DNA of 63,174 bases, filler included, from Octopus bimaculoides (lineage: Eukaryota): the NCBI RefSeq assembly GCF_001194135.2. It is 7 parts of 7 records of this genome, joined end to end, with 100 filler letters (N's around TTAATTAATTAA, not from the genome) between each part and the next. Parts side by side here need not be neighbours in the genome. Positions count along the whole stretch, not along the records: positions 40,536 to 57,707 come from NC_069002.1; positions 57,808 to 60,923 come from NC_068984.1; positions 61,024 to 63,174 come from NW_026337803.1; 4 more parts are not named here. One strand, given 5' to 3'. Position 1 is the first letter of the stretch. Each line of letters starts with the position of its first letter. Below, piece after piece: positions 51,147 to 63,174 of this stretch. The position numbers and the translations under genes were made by a program. The notes under the pieces are model-generated. The model was not told the DNA's origin, made no database searches, and saw only the letters and a program-made list of their open reading frames with translations.

Positions 51147-51657
51147 ATACATACATACAGATATGTGTATGTAGACATGTATGGCTTTATGTCTAGACAT
51201 ATATGCATTTCTATATGTATATATATACATAGGTATATGTGTGTGTGTTTACACGTTCATATATGTATGCATAAGAAGAGGTAGCTAACATGAGCATAAA
51301 TATACGTGTTTACATACGCATTAAATTATCTTCATAAACACACAAGCTCACACACAGACACACACATATTCACGAACACAAGTTCATAGACGCACAGGCA
51401 TATGCTTGTCTATGTATGTAGAGATAAACATAAGTAGATATGGATAGCTAGGACAACGAAATACATGATACGGACCCAGAGGGCATGGAAAGGAAATTTT
51501 TACTAAAAATTTCCAAAAATCCTGATTTTCTAAATGTGTTAAGTTGATGTAGATATGTTGGAGAAGAAGAGCATCATTGAACACATGCCATGAGATGGTT
51601 AAATATTGATTTATACTCGTGAGAGAAACAGTACCAAGCAATGAACAATACGTTCGT

Positions 51658-51708
<51 letters not shown>

Positions 51709-52655
51709 NNNNNNNNNNNNNNNNNNNNNNNNNNNNNNNNNNNNNNNNNNNNNNNNNNNNNNNNNNNNNNNNNNNNNNNNNNNNNNNNNNNNNNNNNNNN
51801 NNNNNNNNNNNNNNNNNNNNNNNNNNNNNNNNNNNNNNNNNNNNNNNNNNNNNNNNNNNNNNNNNNNNNNNNNNNNNNNNNNNNNNNNNNNNNNNNNNNN
51901 NNNNNNNNNNNNNNNNNNNNNNNNNNNNNNNNNNNNNNNNNNNNNNNNNNNNNNNNNNNNNNNNNNNNNNNNNNNNNNNNNNNNNNNNNNNNNNNNNNNN
52001 NNNNNNNNNNNNNNNNNNNNNNNNNNNNNNNNNNNNNNNNNNNNNNNNNNNNNNNNNNNNNNNNNNNNNNNNNNNNNNNNNNNNNNNNNNNNNNNNNNNN
52101 NNNNNNNNNNNNNNNNNNNNNNNNNNNNNNNNNNNNNNNNNNNNNNNNNNNNNNNNNNNNNNNNNNNNNNNNNNNNNNNNNNNNNNNNNNNNNNNNNNNN
52201 NNNNNNNNNNNNNNNNNNNNNNNNNNNNNNNNNNNNNNNNNNNNNNNNNNNNNNNNNNNNNNNNNNNNNNNNNNNNNNNNNNNNNNNNNNNNNNNNNNNN
52301 NNNNNNNNNNNNNNNNNNNNNNNNNNNNNNNNNNNNNNNNNNNNNNNNNNNNNNNNNNNNNNNNNNNNNNNNNNNNNNNNNNNNNNNNNNNNNNNNNNNN
52401 NNNNNNNNNNNNNNNNNNNNNNNNNNNNNNNNNNNNNNNNNNNNNNNNNNNNNNNNNNNNNNNNNNNNNNNNNNNNNNNNNNNNNNNNNNNNNNNNNNNN
52501 NNNNNNNNNNNNNNNNNNNNNNNNNNNNNNNNNNNNNNNNNNNNNNNNNNNNNNNNNNNNNNNNNNNNNNNNNNNNNNNTATATAATGTAACCTCATGGA
52601 CATCGGTGGCGATTTTTTCTTCCTCCGTTTTTCCCTTCTTTGGACTTCCTTGTTT

Positions 52656-52683
52656 CCGACGAAGAGCTCCGCTCGAAACGTTA
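52656..52683 (+). ncRNA. Degenerate minimal type I hammerhead ribozyme motif in a Penelope-like terminal repeat fragment (about 52605-52775)
   Basis: CCGACGA-A-GAGC-TCC-GCTC-GAAA-CG-TT-A: core with U4 changed to C, a 4-bp stem II and a palindromic AACGTT stem III. Confidence 0.55.
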
Positions 52684-52777
52684 TGTTCTCTCTCTTTCCT
52701 TTCCCGAGCGTCTAGTAACACAATCTGTATCACGTCCTCACGTTGTTGTTTTTTTTTTTGTTTTTTCCTTTTTTGAA

Positions 52778-52804
<27 letters not shown>

Positions 52805-52822
<18 letters not shown>

Positions 52823-53025
52823 TTGTGTTTGCCCACAACCCTCCCCATCACCTCACGATAACCGGTACTCGTGTGTTTACTTCCCCGTAACTTAGAAGTT
52901 CAGAAAAAGCGGCCGATAGAATAATATCAGGCTTAAAATGTAAGTACTGGTGCCGATTCATTTGAAATTCTTCAAGACAGTGCCCCAGCAGGGCCGCAGT
53001 CTAAAGACTGGAATAGGCAAGAGAT
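52805..53025 (+). mobile_element. SINE family A 3' part
   Basis: CCCCGTAACTTAG..GTTC..AAAAAG..CCGATAGAATA..CCAGCA.GGCCGCAGTC. Confidence 0.7.
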
Positions 53026-53549
53026 CAGAGATGTATATGTATGTATGTGTATGTGCGTATGTATGAATGTATGAATGTATGTATACATGCATGCGTGTGT
53101 GTGTGTATGTATTTATGTATGTATGTATGTATGTGTGTATGTATGTATGTATGCATGTATGTGTGTATGTATGTATGTGTTAGCCTTTGTTTGTGGTTTC
53201 ATGACACTTCCAATTTATACAGTGAGTCACACGGGTCATATATATCCTGTTTCTTTAGCATATTGTGTACATATAATACAATACGACGGTACCAGCTAAA
53301 TACAGTTAGTATATTTAACTTTCAGGGACCCCGCCACTCTAAGCATATAGAAAAAGCAGAAATCATGGTCCCAACAGGCCTCCGTACAACGTACTTTATA
53401 ATAACTCGCTCAAGACTTCCTCCGCCATCACGGACGTAAAAAACGACCCCCCACTTCACTGCTATTGCCAACTGCTTAAAAAGAATAATAAATATAATAA
53501 ATAAACAATAATATTTAGTATTTCATAAAGTTCTTTTCTCTGTATCCAG

Positions 53550-53558
53550 GTCCCAGAG
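53550..53558 (+). CDS. Candidate 9-nt microexon GTCCCAGAG (unverified)
   Basis: Acceptor ttcttttctctgtatccag, donor GAG|gtaaat. Confidence 0.15.
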
Positions 53559-53689
53559 GTAAATGTGATTTAAACGAACGGGTTCCGACTGGGAATCGAA
53601 ATCAGATCGTGGTTTTGGTCCGTCAGGATTTAACAGCTTCTGGTTGAAGAACTTGTGGGCGCTCTCAACCACTTTAGTTAGTATTGCCG

Positions 53690-54010
53690 ACAACCACCAG
53701 CATCGCCACCACAACCACCACAACCACCACGACATCCACGAGCACGACGACGACGACCACTACTACTACCACCACCACCACCACTACCGACACAAACACG
53801 GTCGCCATTACTACCATCTCTACGACCACTACTACCACCACTACCAGTCATCGTCACCAACAACACCAAATCCCTCACCACCACCACCACCATCATCATC
53901 ATCATCCTCATCATCACCATCATCATCATCATAATCATCATCATCATCGTCGTCGTCGTCGCCGTTGTCGTTACCACTACCACCGCCACTACCACCACCG
54001 ACACCATCAG
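53690..54010 (+). repeat. Compound (CAC)/(ACT)/(CAT)/(CGT) microsatellite
   Basis: Visible directly; source of the poly-His/Thr ORFs. Confidence 0.95.
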
Positions 54011-54019
54011 GACCTTTAG

Positions 54020-54528
54020 TATTTACCGCCTTTTTTTCTCTTTTGTTTTCTATCGTTATTTCTTTCTCTTCTTTTTCTCTTTTCTTTCTTTCACTTCTTT
54101 TTCTCTTTCCTTTCTTTCACTTTCTTTATACACTTTCTTTACTCTCTCTTTCTTTCGTTCTTTCTTTTTTTTATTCTTTTCTTTCTTTCTGTCTTTTTTT
54201 TAATTTTCCTTTCTTTCGGTTTAAACCTGCTTTCTTCTTTCTTTTGCTTTCTTTCACTCATTCTTTCTTTTTTCTCTTTTGTTTTCTTTCTTTCTTTCAC
54301 TTTCTTTACGCTTTCATTCTTTCTTTCTTTTTCCGTTTCGTTCTCTCGATCTTTTTCTTTCGTTTTCTCTTTCCTTTCCCTCACTTTCTTTATACACTTT
54401 CTTTACTCTTTTGTTGTTCTTTCTTTCTTTTCCTTCTTTTCATCAAGCTTTTTCATTTTTCTTTCTTTCAGCTTAAACCTTCCTGTCTTTCTTCTTCCTT
54501 TTGATTTCTTTCATTCTCCCTCTTTTCC
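54020..54528 (+). repeat. Pyrimidine-rich low-complexity tract of about 500 bp with an internal duplication
   Basis: CACTTTCTTTATACACTTTCTTTACTCT occurs at 54118 and 54382. Confidence 0.85.
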
Positions 54529-56369
54529 AGGCATCGATAACCACGTACTAGTCAAAGAGTGAAGAGAATGGGTATCAACTATCGGAAGAGGTCGACAAAG
54601 CCACACACTGATCGACTATCGGCAGCGGATATCGTTAGCCAATTATTACAATAGTTCGATATAATTATACATTAGTTAAGTATTAGGTTGATTATAAATT
54701 ATATATACTGGTTACGAATAGTAGGGAGGAAGCAAAGAATGCATTGATCTGCTATTAGAAACGGTCTTATGAAATATATATTGGTCAATTTTGTGGAACG
54801 ATTATTAAGTTATGCACCGGTCGACTATGGGAAGAAATCAATAAAGGTCGATACTACGTAATAGTTCGTCCCTAATGTATGTCTCTGTGAGAAAAAAATA
54901 CGATGTATTTGAGATATTTGAATTAGCAATGTCTGTATCATACTTAATGCAGATACATGACAGAATTCCAAATCAACTGCTGTAACCATCTGGAGATAAT
55001 ATCTCATGGATGTACAGTGTTAAATAACACAATAATATATCAGTTGCCGAGGAAAACCGTTCGGCTGCGGTGCAAGGAATGCTAGATACGCCTTTCTGCT
55101 TGTTTTGTCTTCGTCGGAAGTAATTACTCATTGGCGATTACTTATCTGTTGTCATTCATATGGAAAAACAATTGCTGAAAAAAAATCACTGATGTTACAA
55201 TTTAATAGCTCGCTGAATAAAAATTCGTTATGTGCAGTACAAGGTTAAGATCCATATCTGTATATCATACTTTTTGACAGATAGCAGAATAGTACAAGTG
55301 GCAGATGAGAAGCTTTGCAGTTATTGTTGTTGTTGTTGATGATGTTGTTGAAGTCGTTGCTGCTGATACACTAGAGATAATATCACTGACTGCAAACCTA
55401 CACCTTAAACTGTAGTCTTGTAACTGCTAAAGTTCGGTGTTAACAGCATGGAGTGTAACCCCGTTCTTCAAACTGTACTGTTATTACGCTGGAACTTACC
55501 TGGCAAGGAGTTAACCAATATTGATTTCAGTTACTGGCACGTGGGGCTGAATCGATTGCATCCAATCCAGTGTTCAACTGTTAATTAATTCAAAGGGATG
55601 AAAGACGAAGTCGGCTACGATGCAATTTGAACTCAGAAAGTAGAGATGGACGAATTTCCGTAATGCAGTTTAACCCCGTGAGCTAAAGATTCAATCAGCT
55701 CGCACTTTAAGGTGCTAATGAATATTAACAGCAAAGGGAGACGCTATATACTATTCACTCACTGAAGTTCATGACCTATTGTTGCATTTGTATCCTTCTT
55801 TTCAGCTGTCATATTTCTAGGTGTTCGTGATCGTTGCTCCCTTCCCTGTACCAAAGTCTGCCTCTCACTTCTCTCTGTTCCTCCCACGTAATCGGTGCTC
55901 GGCCAAGCATGATCTTTCTTTCTTGACCTGACAGCCGCTCGCACAACACCTTATTTTCCTGTCTTCCGACATACACCTATGTTTGTTGCCACAACGCTTC
56001 CACTTCACACGCCAGCTTAAAGTGAGCTTACGATTCTATCAACGCTCCCCACTCTTCCCCCCCTCCCAATACCATCACGCCACACCACACTAGACCATAC
56101 CACACAATACATCATACCACAACACACCACCACGCACATACCAGCACTCAGCAATTCCAATCCCCACATTTTCACACCTACACATACACACACACACACA
56201 CATACGTACTCTCTTACACACACGCGCACCTTCATTTTGGGATGGCTACTACTTTGTTATCTCCCCTTCTTAGCTCTCCTGTGTGACCCTTCTGTCCGGC
56301 ATTCGCCATGATATATCGCTGACCACTACACACATTTTTTTCTCTCCTTGTTTCCTTCTGTGTTCCTTT

Positions 56370-56398
56370 CTGTGGAAGAGCGTAGGCTCGAAACGGTG
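56370..56398 (+). ncRNA. Second degenerate hammerhead motif in a related Penelope-like fragment (about 56305-56500)
   Basis: CTGTGGA-A-GAGC-GTAG-GCTC-GAAA-CGGTG; it shares the downstream TTCCCGAGCGT with the 52656 copy. Confidence 0.45.
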
Positions 56399-57622
56399 AA
56401 GACTTTTTCAATTCCCGAGCGTTATACTAATACATCTGTTTGTTTTCTACACCACCTGTCTTCGTCTTTTGTGGGTTTTTTTTGTGAATTCTCCCTACAT
56501 ATACATACATATATATATATATATATATGTATANNNNNNNNNNNNNNNNNNNNNNNNNNNNNNNNNNNNNNNNNNNNNNNNNNNNNNNNNNNNNNNNNNN
56601 NNNNNNNNNNNNNNNNNNNNNNNNNNNNNNNNNNNNNNNNNNNNNNNNNNNNNNNNNNNNNNNNNNNNNNNNNNNNNNNNNNNNNNNNNNNNNNNNNNNN
56701 NNNNNNNNNNNNNNNNATATATATATATATATATATACGTTTGTTTCTACGTGTGTGAGTGTGGACGTGTGTATATACACATATACCTATGTGTGTGTGT
56801 ATCAGAGTGATCGGCGTAGAGATTCACAAGAACGACAAGCGTGTTTTGGATTTCTGAAGGCACGTGAGTACCAGGAACTCCACAGTCACCCACTTAAACG
56901 GATATACTGTTTTATTGTTTTTTTTTTAAAGAGAGTCTATGAAGAAATTGTATCAGTTCAACAGCTTCGTTCCTTTTCACGGTTTGTATACATTTTGTAT
57001 GATACACACGGATGGCTCGTATATCAGAATTATGAAGCTAATGGTTCAAAAGAAACAGTTGAACGTTTCGCATAACAACGACGCAATAAACAATGTTGTC
57101 CTAGATAGACTGTAACAAAAAAGAGGCACTGGATGATCAGAGAGCAAAGGCTTGAATAACTTTGATCGTAAGTCTTCATGACAATGTAAAGGACCAAGAA
57201 CTGAACTGCAACAACTCGGAAATAAAGAAATATATTGGTTTTTTCAATTTTCCGTAAATTAAAAAGAATTAAATAGAACAAATACATTTTTTACTTCTTT
57301 TATAATGAAAAATTGAAGATATTTTTGTTTCTTTTCTGGTTGGTATCCTGAGACCGCTCTTACTCTCTTTCTCTTTCTCCCTTGTTAAATGTTCGCATAA
57401 ATTTGAAAAGTTTAATGCAAGAAATATATTTATTTATTTTAATTTTCAAAAAATTATTTTTTTAATATCTTTTCCTTTTTTTTTTTTGGTTTGGCATCAA
57501 AGATCTGCCAATTGTCATTCGTATTAAATTTCTGAAAACACACACATTTCAAATTTACGCTTGCCCGAATCAGCATACCTTTTTTGGGAAGAGCAAAAAC
57601 AAAGAAAAAGGTATCTTTCTCC

Positions 57623-57707
<85 letters not shown>

Positions 57708-57894
57708 NNNNNNNNNNNNNNNNNNNNNNNNNNNNNNNNNNNNNNNNNNNNTTAATTAATTAANNNNNNNNNNNNNNNNNNNNNNNNNNNNNNNNNNNNN
57801 NNNNNNNACACACACACACACATTCGTACATATACATATGTGTACATTATCTAGTCACCGGTACAGCGTGTTTGAAATTGAATTTGTATTTAGG

Positions 57895-58024
57895 TGCAGG
57901 CGTGGTTCCGGGTTCAGTCCCACTGCGTGGCACCTCGGGTGAGTGTCTTGTAGTATAGCCTCGGGCCGACCAAAGGCTTGTAACTGGATTTGGTAGACGG
58001 AAACTGAAAGGATCCCTTCGTGTG

Positions 58025-58090
<66 letters not shown>

Positions 58091-58275
58091 CATGTATGTA
58101 TGTATGTAGGTATGTATTTGTGTGTCTGTGTTTGTCTACCCACTATCGCTTGACAGCCGATAAAAGAGACCGATATAATAAGTACTAGGCTTACAAAGAA
58201 AAAGTCCTGGGGTCGATTTGCTTGAATAAAGGTGGTGCTCCAGCATGGCCACAGTCAAATGACTGAAACAATTAA
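57895..58275 (+). mobile_element. SINE family A with internal (TA)n/(TATG)n
   Basis: B box GGGTTCAGTCCC, body and tail. Confidence 0.85.
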
Positions 58276-58492
58276 AAGAATAAAAGAATGAGTATCATAC
58301 GTTTATTAAATATATGGCCTCCCTGTGAAAATAGACCCCGCGTTAAAAGCATGGCTAAATCAGTAATGAGACCGGAAGATCAGAACGACTATTTTCGGCT
58401 TTCATTAAAGCTGAGAGTCTTGCAGCTTCATCTCAGCTAACTTTTCACATTGCGTTCATATATGTTAGTGACTAAAAAGTTATTGTTGTTCT

Positions 58493-58632
58493 GGCTCAGT
58501 GGTTAGAGCGTCGGGCTCACAAGCATGAGGTAATAAGTTCGATTCCCGAACCGAACTGTGTGTTGTGTTCTTGAGCAAGACACTTTATTTCACGTTGCTC
58601 CAGTTTACTTAGCTAAAGAAATGAGTTGTGAC
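58493..58632 (+). mobile_element. SINE family D (tRNA head plus CORE-like segment)
   Basis: GGCTCAGTGG A box, AAGTTCGATTCC B box and TTCTTGAGCAAGACACTT. Confidence 0.8.
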
Positions 58633-59863
58633 ATCATATACATACATATATATATATATATATATGCAATCGTCAGATTTACAATTATTTCAATACATCT
58701 TCAGGTTATTTTTCAAGATATCCCTTTGAAAAATAAGCAATACAATTAAGAGTTTAATGATTAAAAATAAAAATTATACTTAGTAAAATTATGAATTAAA
58801 ATTTATAAATTATACATTATAAATATGAATTAGTATATATATATCAATCATGTAAAATCAAGTATATGTCAAATACAGAATGTGAGATATAAAATTATAC
58901 ATCAGAATAAAAATGTCTGTGTTTAAATGTGATATATAACAAGAAAAATTCAAATACATACTCATTAGGTTATTTTTTTGTATTATCTGAAATAGAATAC
59001 CCGCATATCGAGTAATCCCCCAAAATTGAATTATATATATATATANNNNNNNNNNNNNNNNNNNNNNNNNNNNNNNNNNNNNNNNNNNNNNNNNNNNNNN
59101 NNNNNNNNNNNNNNNNNNNNNNNNNNNNNNNNNNNNNNNNNNNNNNNNNNNNNNNNNNNNNNNNNNNNNNNNNNNNNNNNNNNNNNNNNNNNNNNNNNNN
59201 NNNNNNNNNNNNNNNNNNNNNNNNNNNNNNNNNNNNNNNNNNNNNNNNNNNNNNNNNNNNNNNNNNNNNNNNNNNNNNNNNNNNNNNNNNNNNNNNNNNN
59301 NNNNNNNNNNNNNNNNNNNNNNNNNNNNNNNNNNNNNNNNNNNNNNNNNNNNNNNNNNNNNNNNNNNNNNNNNNNNNNNNNNNNNNNNNNNNNNNNNNNN
59401 NNNNNNNNNNNNNNNNNNNNNNNNNNNNNNNNNNNNNNNNNNNNNNNNNNNNNNNNNNNNNNNNNNNNNNNNNNNNNNNNNNNNNNNNNNNNNNNNNNNN
59501 NNNNNNNNNNNNNNNNNNNNNNNNNNNNNNNNNNNNNNNNNNNNNNNNNNNNNNNNNNNNNNNNNNNNNNNNNNNNNNNNNNNNNNNNNNNNNNNNNNNN
59601 NNNNNNNNNNNNNNNNNNNNNNNNNNNNNNNNNNNNNNNNNNNNNNNNNNNNNNNNNNNNNNNNNNNNNNNNNNNNNNNNNNNNNNNNNNNNNNNNNNNN
59701 NNNNNNNNNNNNNNNNNNNNNNNNNNNNNNNNNNNNNNNNNNNNNNNNNNNNNNNNNNNNNNNNNNNNNNNNNNNNNNNNNNNNNNNNNNNNNNNNNNNN
59801 NNNNNNNNNNNNNNNNNNNNNNNNNNNNNNNNNNNNNNNNNNNNNNNNNNNNNNNNNNNNNNN

Positions 59864-59951
<88 letters not shown>

Positions 59952-60056
59952 GTAAGCTACAACTTTCTTACATAATCACCTTTGCTCTATTATGCAAATT
60001 TAATCAAGTCACTTGATTTTGTTTATATATTTCTATAAGTACGATTACTTCAGGTA

Positions 60057-60400
60057 TTGTGGCACTCCGTCGGCAACGACGACGAGGGTTTTAGTTGATC
60101 CGATCAACGGAACAACCTACTCGTGAAATAATGTGCAAGTGGCTGAGCACTCCACAGACATGTGTACTCCTTAACGTAGTTCTCGGGGAGATTCAGCGTG
60201 ACACAGAATGTGACAAGGCTGACCCTTTGAAACACAGGTACAACAGAAACAGGAAGAAAGAGTGAGAGAAAGTTGTGGTGAAAGAATACAGCAGGGTGCT
60301 TTCGTTCAATAAACACTCACAACACCCGGTCTGGGATTGGAAATCGCGATCCTATGTCCGCGAGTCCGCTGCTCCAATCACTGGGCCATTGTGCCCCCAC
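60057..60400 (-). mobile_element. SINE family C
   Basis: Reverse complement of 18732-19113 with a small internal deletion. Confidence 0.85.
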
Positions 60401-60579
60401 ACTTCAGGTATCGTGCTCATTTTGACTAGGCTTTCAAGAATGTCGAAACGAATGGATCTGAACTTGTTACATGGTTTCCGCAGTTGCGTCGTTTAATCCA
60501 TGAGTGTATATGCTTAGTCGGATTAAATGTATCTTTATTAAATATTTGATTGTAACTCAACTATATACTTCTTACCTTT

Positions 60580-60905
60580 TATTTGCTTCAGTTAGTGAGC
60601 TGTGGCCATGCTGAGACACCACCCCAGGACTAATTTTTAGGTCTGGTGCTTATCTCATGTATCTCTTAGCCGAACCTCTAGGTTATAGGATCGTAAACAT
60701 ACCAACACAATTGGCCAAGCAGTGGTGGGGTACAAACATATACACACACATATAAACGACGAGCCTCTACACAGTTTTTGTCTATCAAATTCACTTACAA
60801 GGTATTGGTCTCACAAGGTAAAAAGGACATTTGTCCAACATGCCGCACAGTGGGACTGAACCCGAGACCCCTTGGTTGCCAAGCGAGCTTCTTAACCATG
60901 CTTGT
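60580..60905 (-). mobile_element. SINE family A, diverged
   Basis: Reverse complement of the family A tail, body and head. Confidence 0.7.
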
Positions 60906-61289
60906 ACCTGGTCATATATATATNNNNNNNNNNNNNNNNNNNNNNNNNNNNNNNNNNNNNNNNNNNNTTAATTAATTAANNNNNNNNNNNNNNNNNNNNN
61001 NNNNNNNNNNNNNNNNNNNNNNNTATCTGAAGTATCAGTAATGCTTATACCCACAATGCTCATAACGCTTATATTTACAATGCCATAAACACTTTCATAT
61101 ACAGTACTTCCTTACTCCCACCCCCCAGTAGAGGCAACAGCCTTAACAATTCTAACATGTTTGAATGACGGTAGTTTAAAAGCAAGAACAACTATTATGA
61201 CGTCTGTTACCAAATGATCACAGGAACCTTCATTTTAGGTGCTGAATAACATCTCTCCTTCCTGTGTTACCTCCCATATTTCTTTCCCA

Positions 61290-62688
61290 GTTTTCAGAGT
61301 TGGCACTGTAAATGTAGGCACATTGAAAGGTAAGTCTAGCGAGATTGTAGAGACACTTGAACGGAGACGTGTTGATATATGTTGTGTACAAGAGGTAAGG
61401 GGGAGAGGAGCTTCAGCCAGAGTCCTCGCAGGCAAAGCACATAGGTATAAACTCTTCTGGGAAGGTAATAGTGATAGAATAGAAGGTGTGGGCATACTTC
61501 TTGCAGAGAAATGGGTGGATAAAGTCATAGAAGTAGTGAGGGTGTGCGATAGAGTACTTAAACTCAGGCCAGTCTTGCAGAATGGTATAGCTACAATTAT
61601 CTCTGCCTACGCCCTACAAGTGGGCCTACCAAATGAACTTTTATGATATTCTTCTGCAGGCTACCTCAAAGATGATTGACAATGATCTCATCGTTGTGGT
61701 CAGAGATTTTAATGGGCATGTCGGACAGCAACCTGGTATTTTCCATGGTGTACATGGGGGCCATGGATTTGGAACCAAAAATGAAGAAGGAACTAGGATC
61801 CTGGAGTTCTGTGATGTGAATAACCTATTGATCTGCAACACAAACTTTAGGAAGCCGGCTAGCCACCTGATTACCTATCAATCAGTGACTCTGCAGACAG
61901 CAGGATGCATGGCTGCTCTTAAATACAAAGACCCTTCCTGGTGAAGAGTGTACACTGCAGCATAGACAAGTCATTAGTGATTTTAGACTCGAGGCCAGAA
62001 GAAAACCAAAAAGCAGATCAATCTGGAAAAGATAGGGGAGAGGAGATACAGTCCCATAACATAGAAGACAGCTGGGAATTCCCGTGAGATAGCTTACTGA
62101 GTGCCACAGACCAAATCTGTTGCTGGTGCAAAGTCCCTTCCAGACCTAGGGTAACATGGTGGTGGAACAATACGTAGACAGGGCTATTAGAACAAAGAAA
62201 CAGGCTTAGAAGGCCTGGAAGAGTTGGGGTAGCAGGAAAATGTATCAGATAGCCAAAAGAGAAGCTAAGAGACAGGTGTATATAACCAAGGGAGTAGCAG
62301 AAAAGAAGTTTGCCAATGTTCAGCAGCGTGAGGACCAAAGAACTGAAGTATTTTGGATTGCAAGACAGTGTGTGAGAGAAAACCATGGTGTCATAGGAGA
62401 GAAATGTGTCTGCATGGATGATGGTGCCCTTGCGTTTAATGATACTGTAAAGAAAGAGGAGTCGTGACAGATACTGGTGTCATGCAAATGGCACCTTTGC
62501 TGGTGGCATGTAAAAACATCCATTACACTGCTGGAGTGGTTGGCATTAGGAAGGGCATCCAACCATAGAAACCATGAAAAATCAGACTGGAGTTTGTTAC
62601 AGTCCCTCAGCTTACCATCCCTGGTCAAACCATCCAACCCATGCCAGCATGGACAAACGGACATTAAATGATGATGATGATGATGATG
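61290..62688 (+). pseudogene. RTE-clade LINE: APE endonuclease and linker fused to the 3' UTR, RT domain absent
   Basis: GTVNVGTL, VDICCVQEVR, IISAYA, DFNGHVG and NEEGTRILEFC..LLICNTNF motifs with frameshifts. The sequence after GALAFNDTVKKE (about 62460) jumps to the RTE tail ending (GAT)n. Confidence 0.9.
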
Positions 62689-63139
62689 TGACACAAAGAT
62701 ATAATTGTTTGTAAAAGCTTAAAATTTTTATTCATTTATATTTCTCTTTTGGTAGATTGGACTATGACAATAAAGAATCGGCCTAAATTTTTCATCATAT
62801 TTATAAACAGTTCTAAACAGGAATGAATTAGTTTGCTGAGATGAAGAGGAAAAGACATTTCTTTTTCATGATGAGTCAGTTGATTCCACTTTTTAACTGT
62901 TTCTTCTTTGATGCTGATCATCACTAATTTCCTTGGAACCTTGCCCTGTTTATATTTAATCGTGCCTTTTTTTTTTTTCTGATTTCAGATCCCTCCGACA
63001 CTGACCTGGTCTTTCATCCTTTTATATATTCACATTAACTTGATTAAATATACTTTTACTTTTCTGAAACTGGCTCTGTACTTAAGGAACAAATTTATAT
63101 TAATTTATTTTCCCTTGACTGGGGCTAGACATGTTTCTC

Positions 63140-63174
<35 letters not shown>

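Noticed and set aside
53644-54504. His/Thr-rich and Phe/Ser/Leu-rich ORFs
   Set aside because: They come from trinucleotide microsatellites and a pyrimidine tract, and have no domain content.
55492-55515. U1 snRNA 5' end (ACTTACCTGGCA)
   Set aside because: Only about 12 nt match and no U1 body follows; it is simply a reverse-strand donor consensus.

Overview
Eukaryotic, AT-rich, repeat-dominated draft-assembly sequence with many N gaps. The SINE families and the compound (TA)n/(CA)n/(GAT)n/(AAT)n microsatellites suggest an octopus or other coleoid cephalopod genome (inference from recalled repeat families, not a database search). Six artificial 100-bp linkers (44N-TTAATTAATTAA-44N) split the window into seven blocks. 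No host protein-coding gene, intact tRNA/rRNA or CRISPR array can be identified; nearly all long ORFs in the track are microsatellite or N-run artefacts. What can be supported is decayed mobile DNA: two mariner remnants, an IS630/Tc1-like transposase, several Helitron derivatives (one with a RepHel helicase fragment), two zinc-knuckle LINE ORF1 remnants, L1/Tx1-, RTE- and R4/Dong-like LINE fragments, at least four SINE families and several MITE/foldback elements. The most unusual items are a TIR-bounded element filled with about 30 telomeric repeats (2747-3001), two degenerate minimal hammerhead-ribozyme motifs (52656, 56370), a 253-bp hairpin with near-perfect inner arms (26821-27073), SINEs sharing a head but carrying different tails, and several unconfirmed candidate exons. 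I found no evidence for a complete novel multi-gene system.
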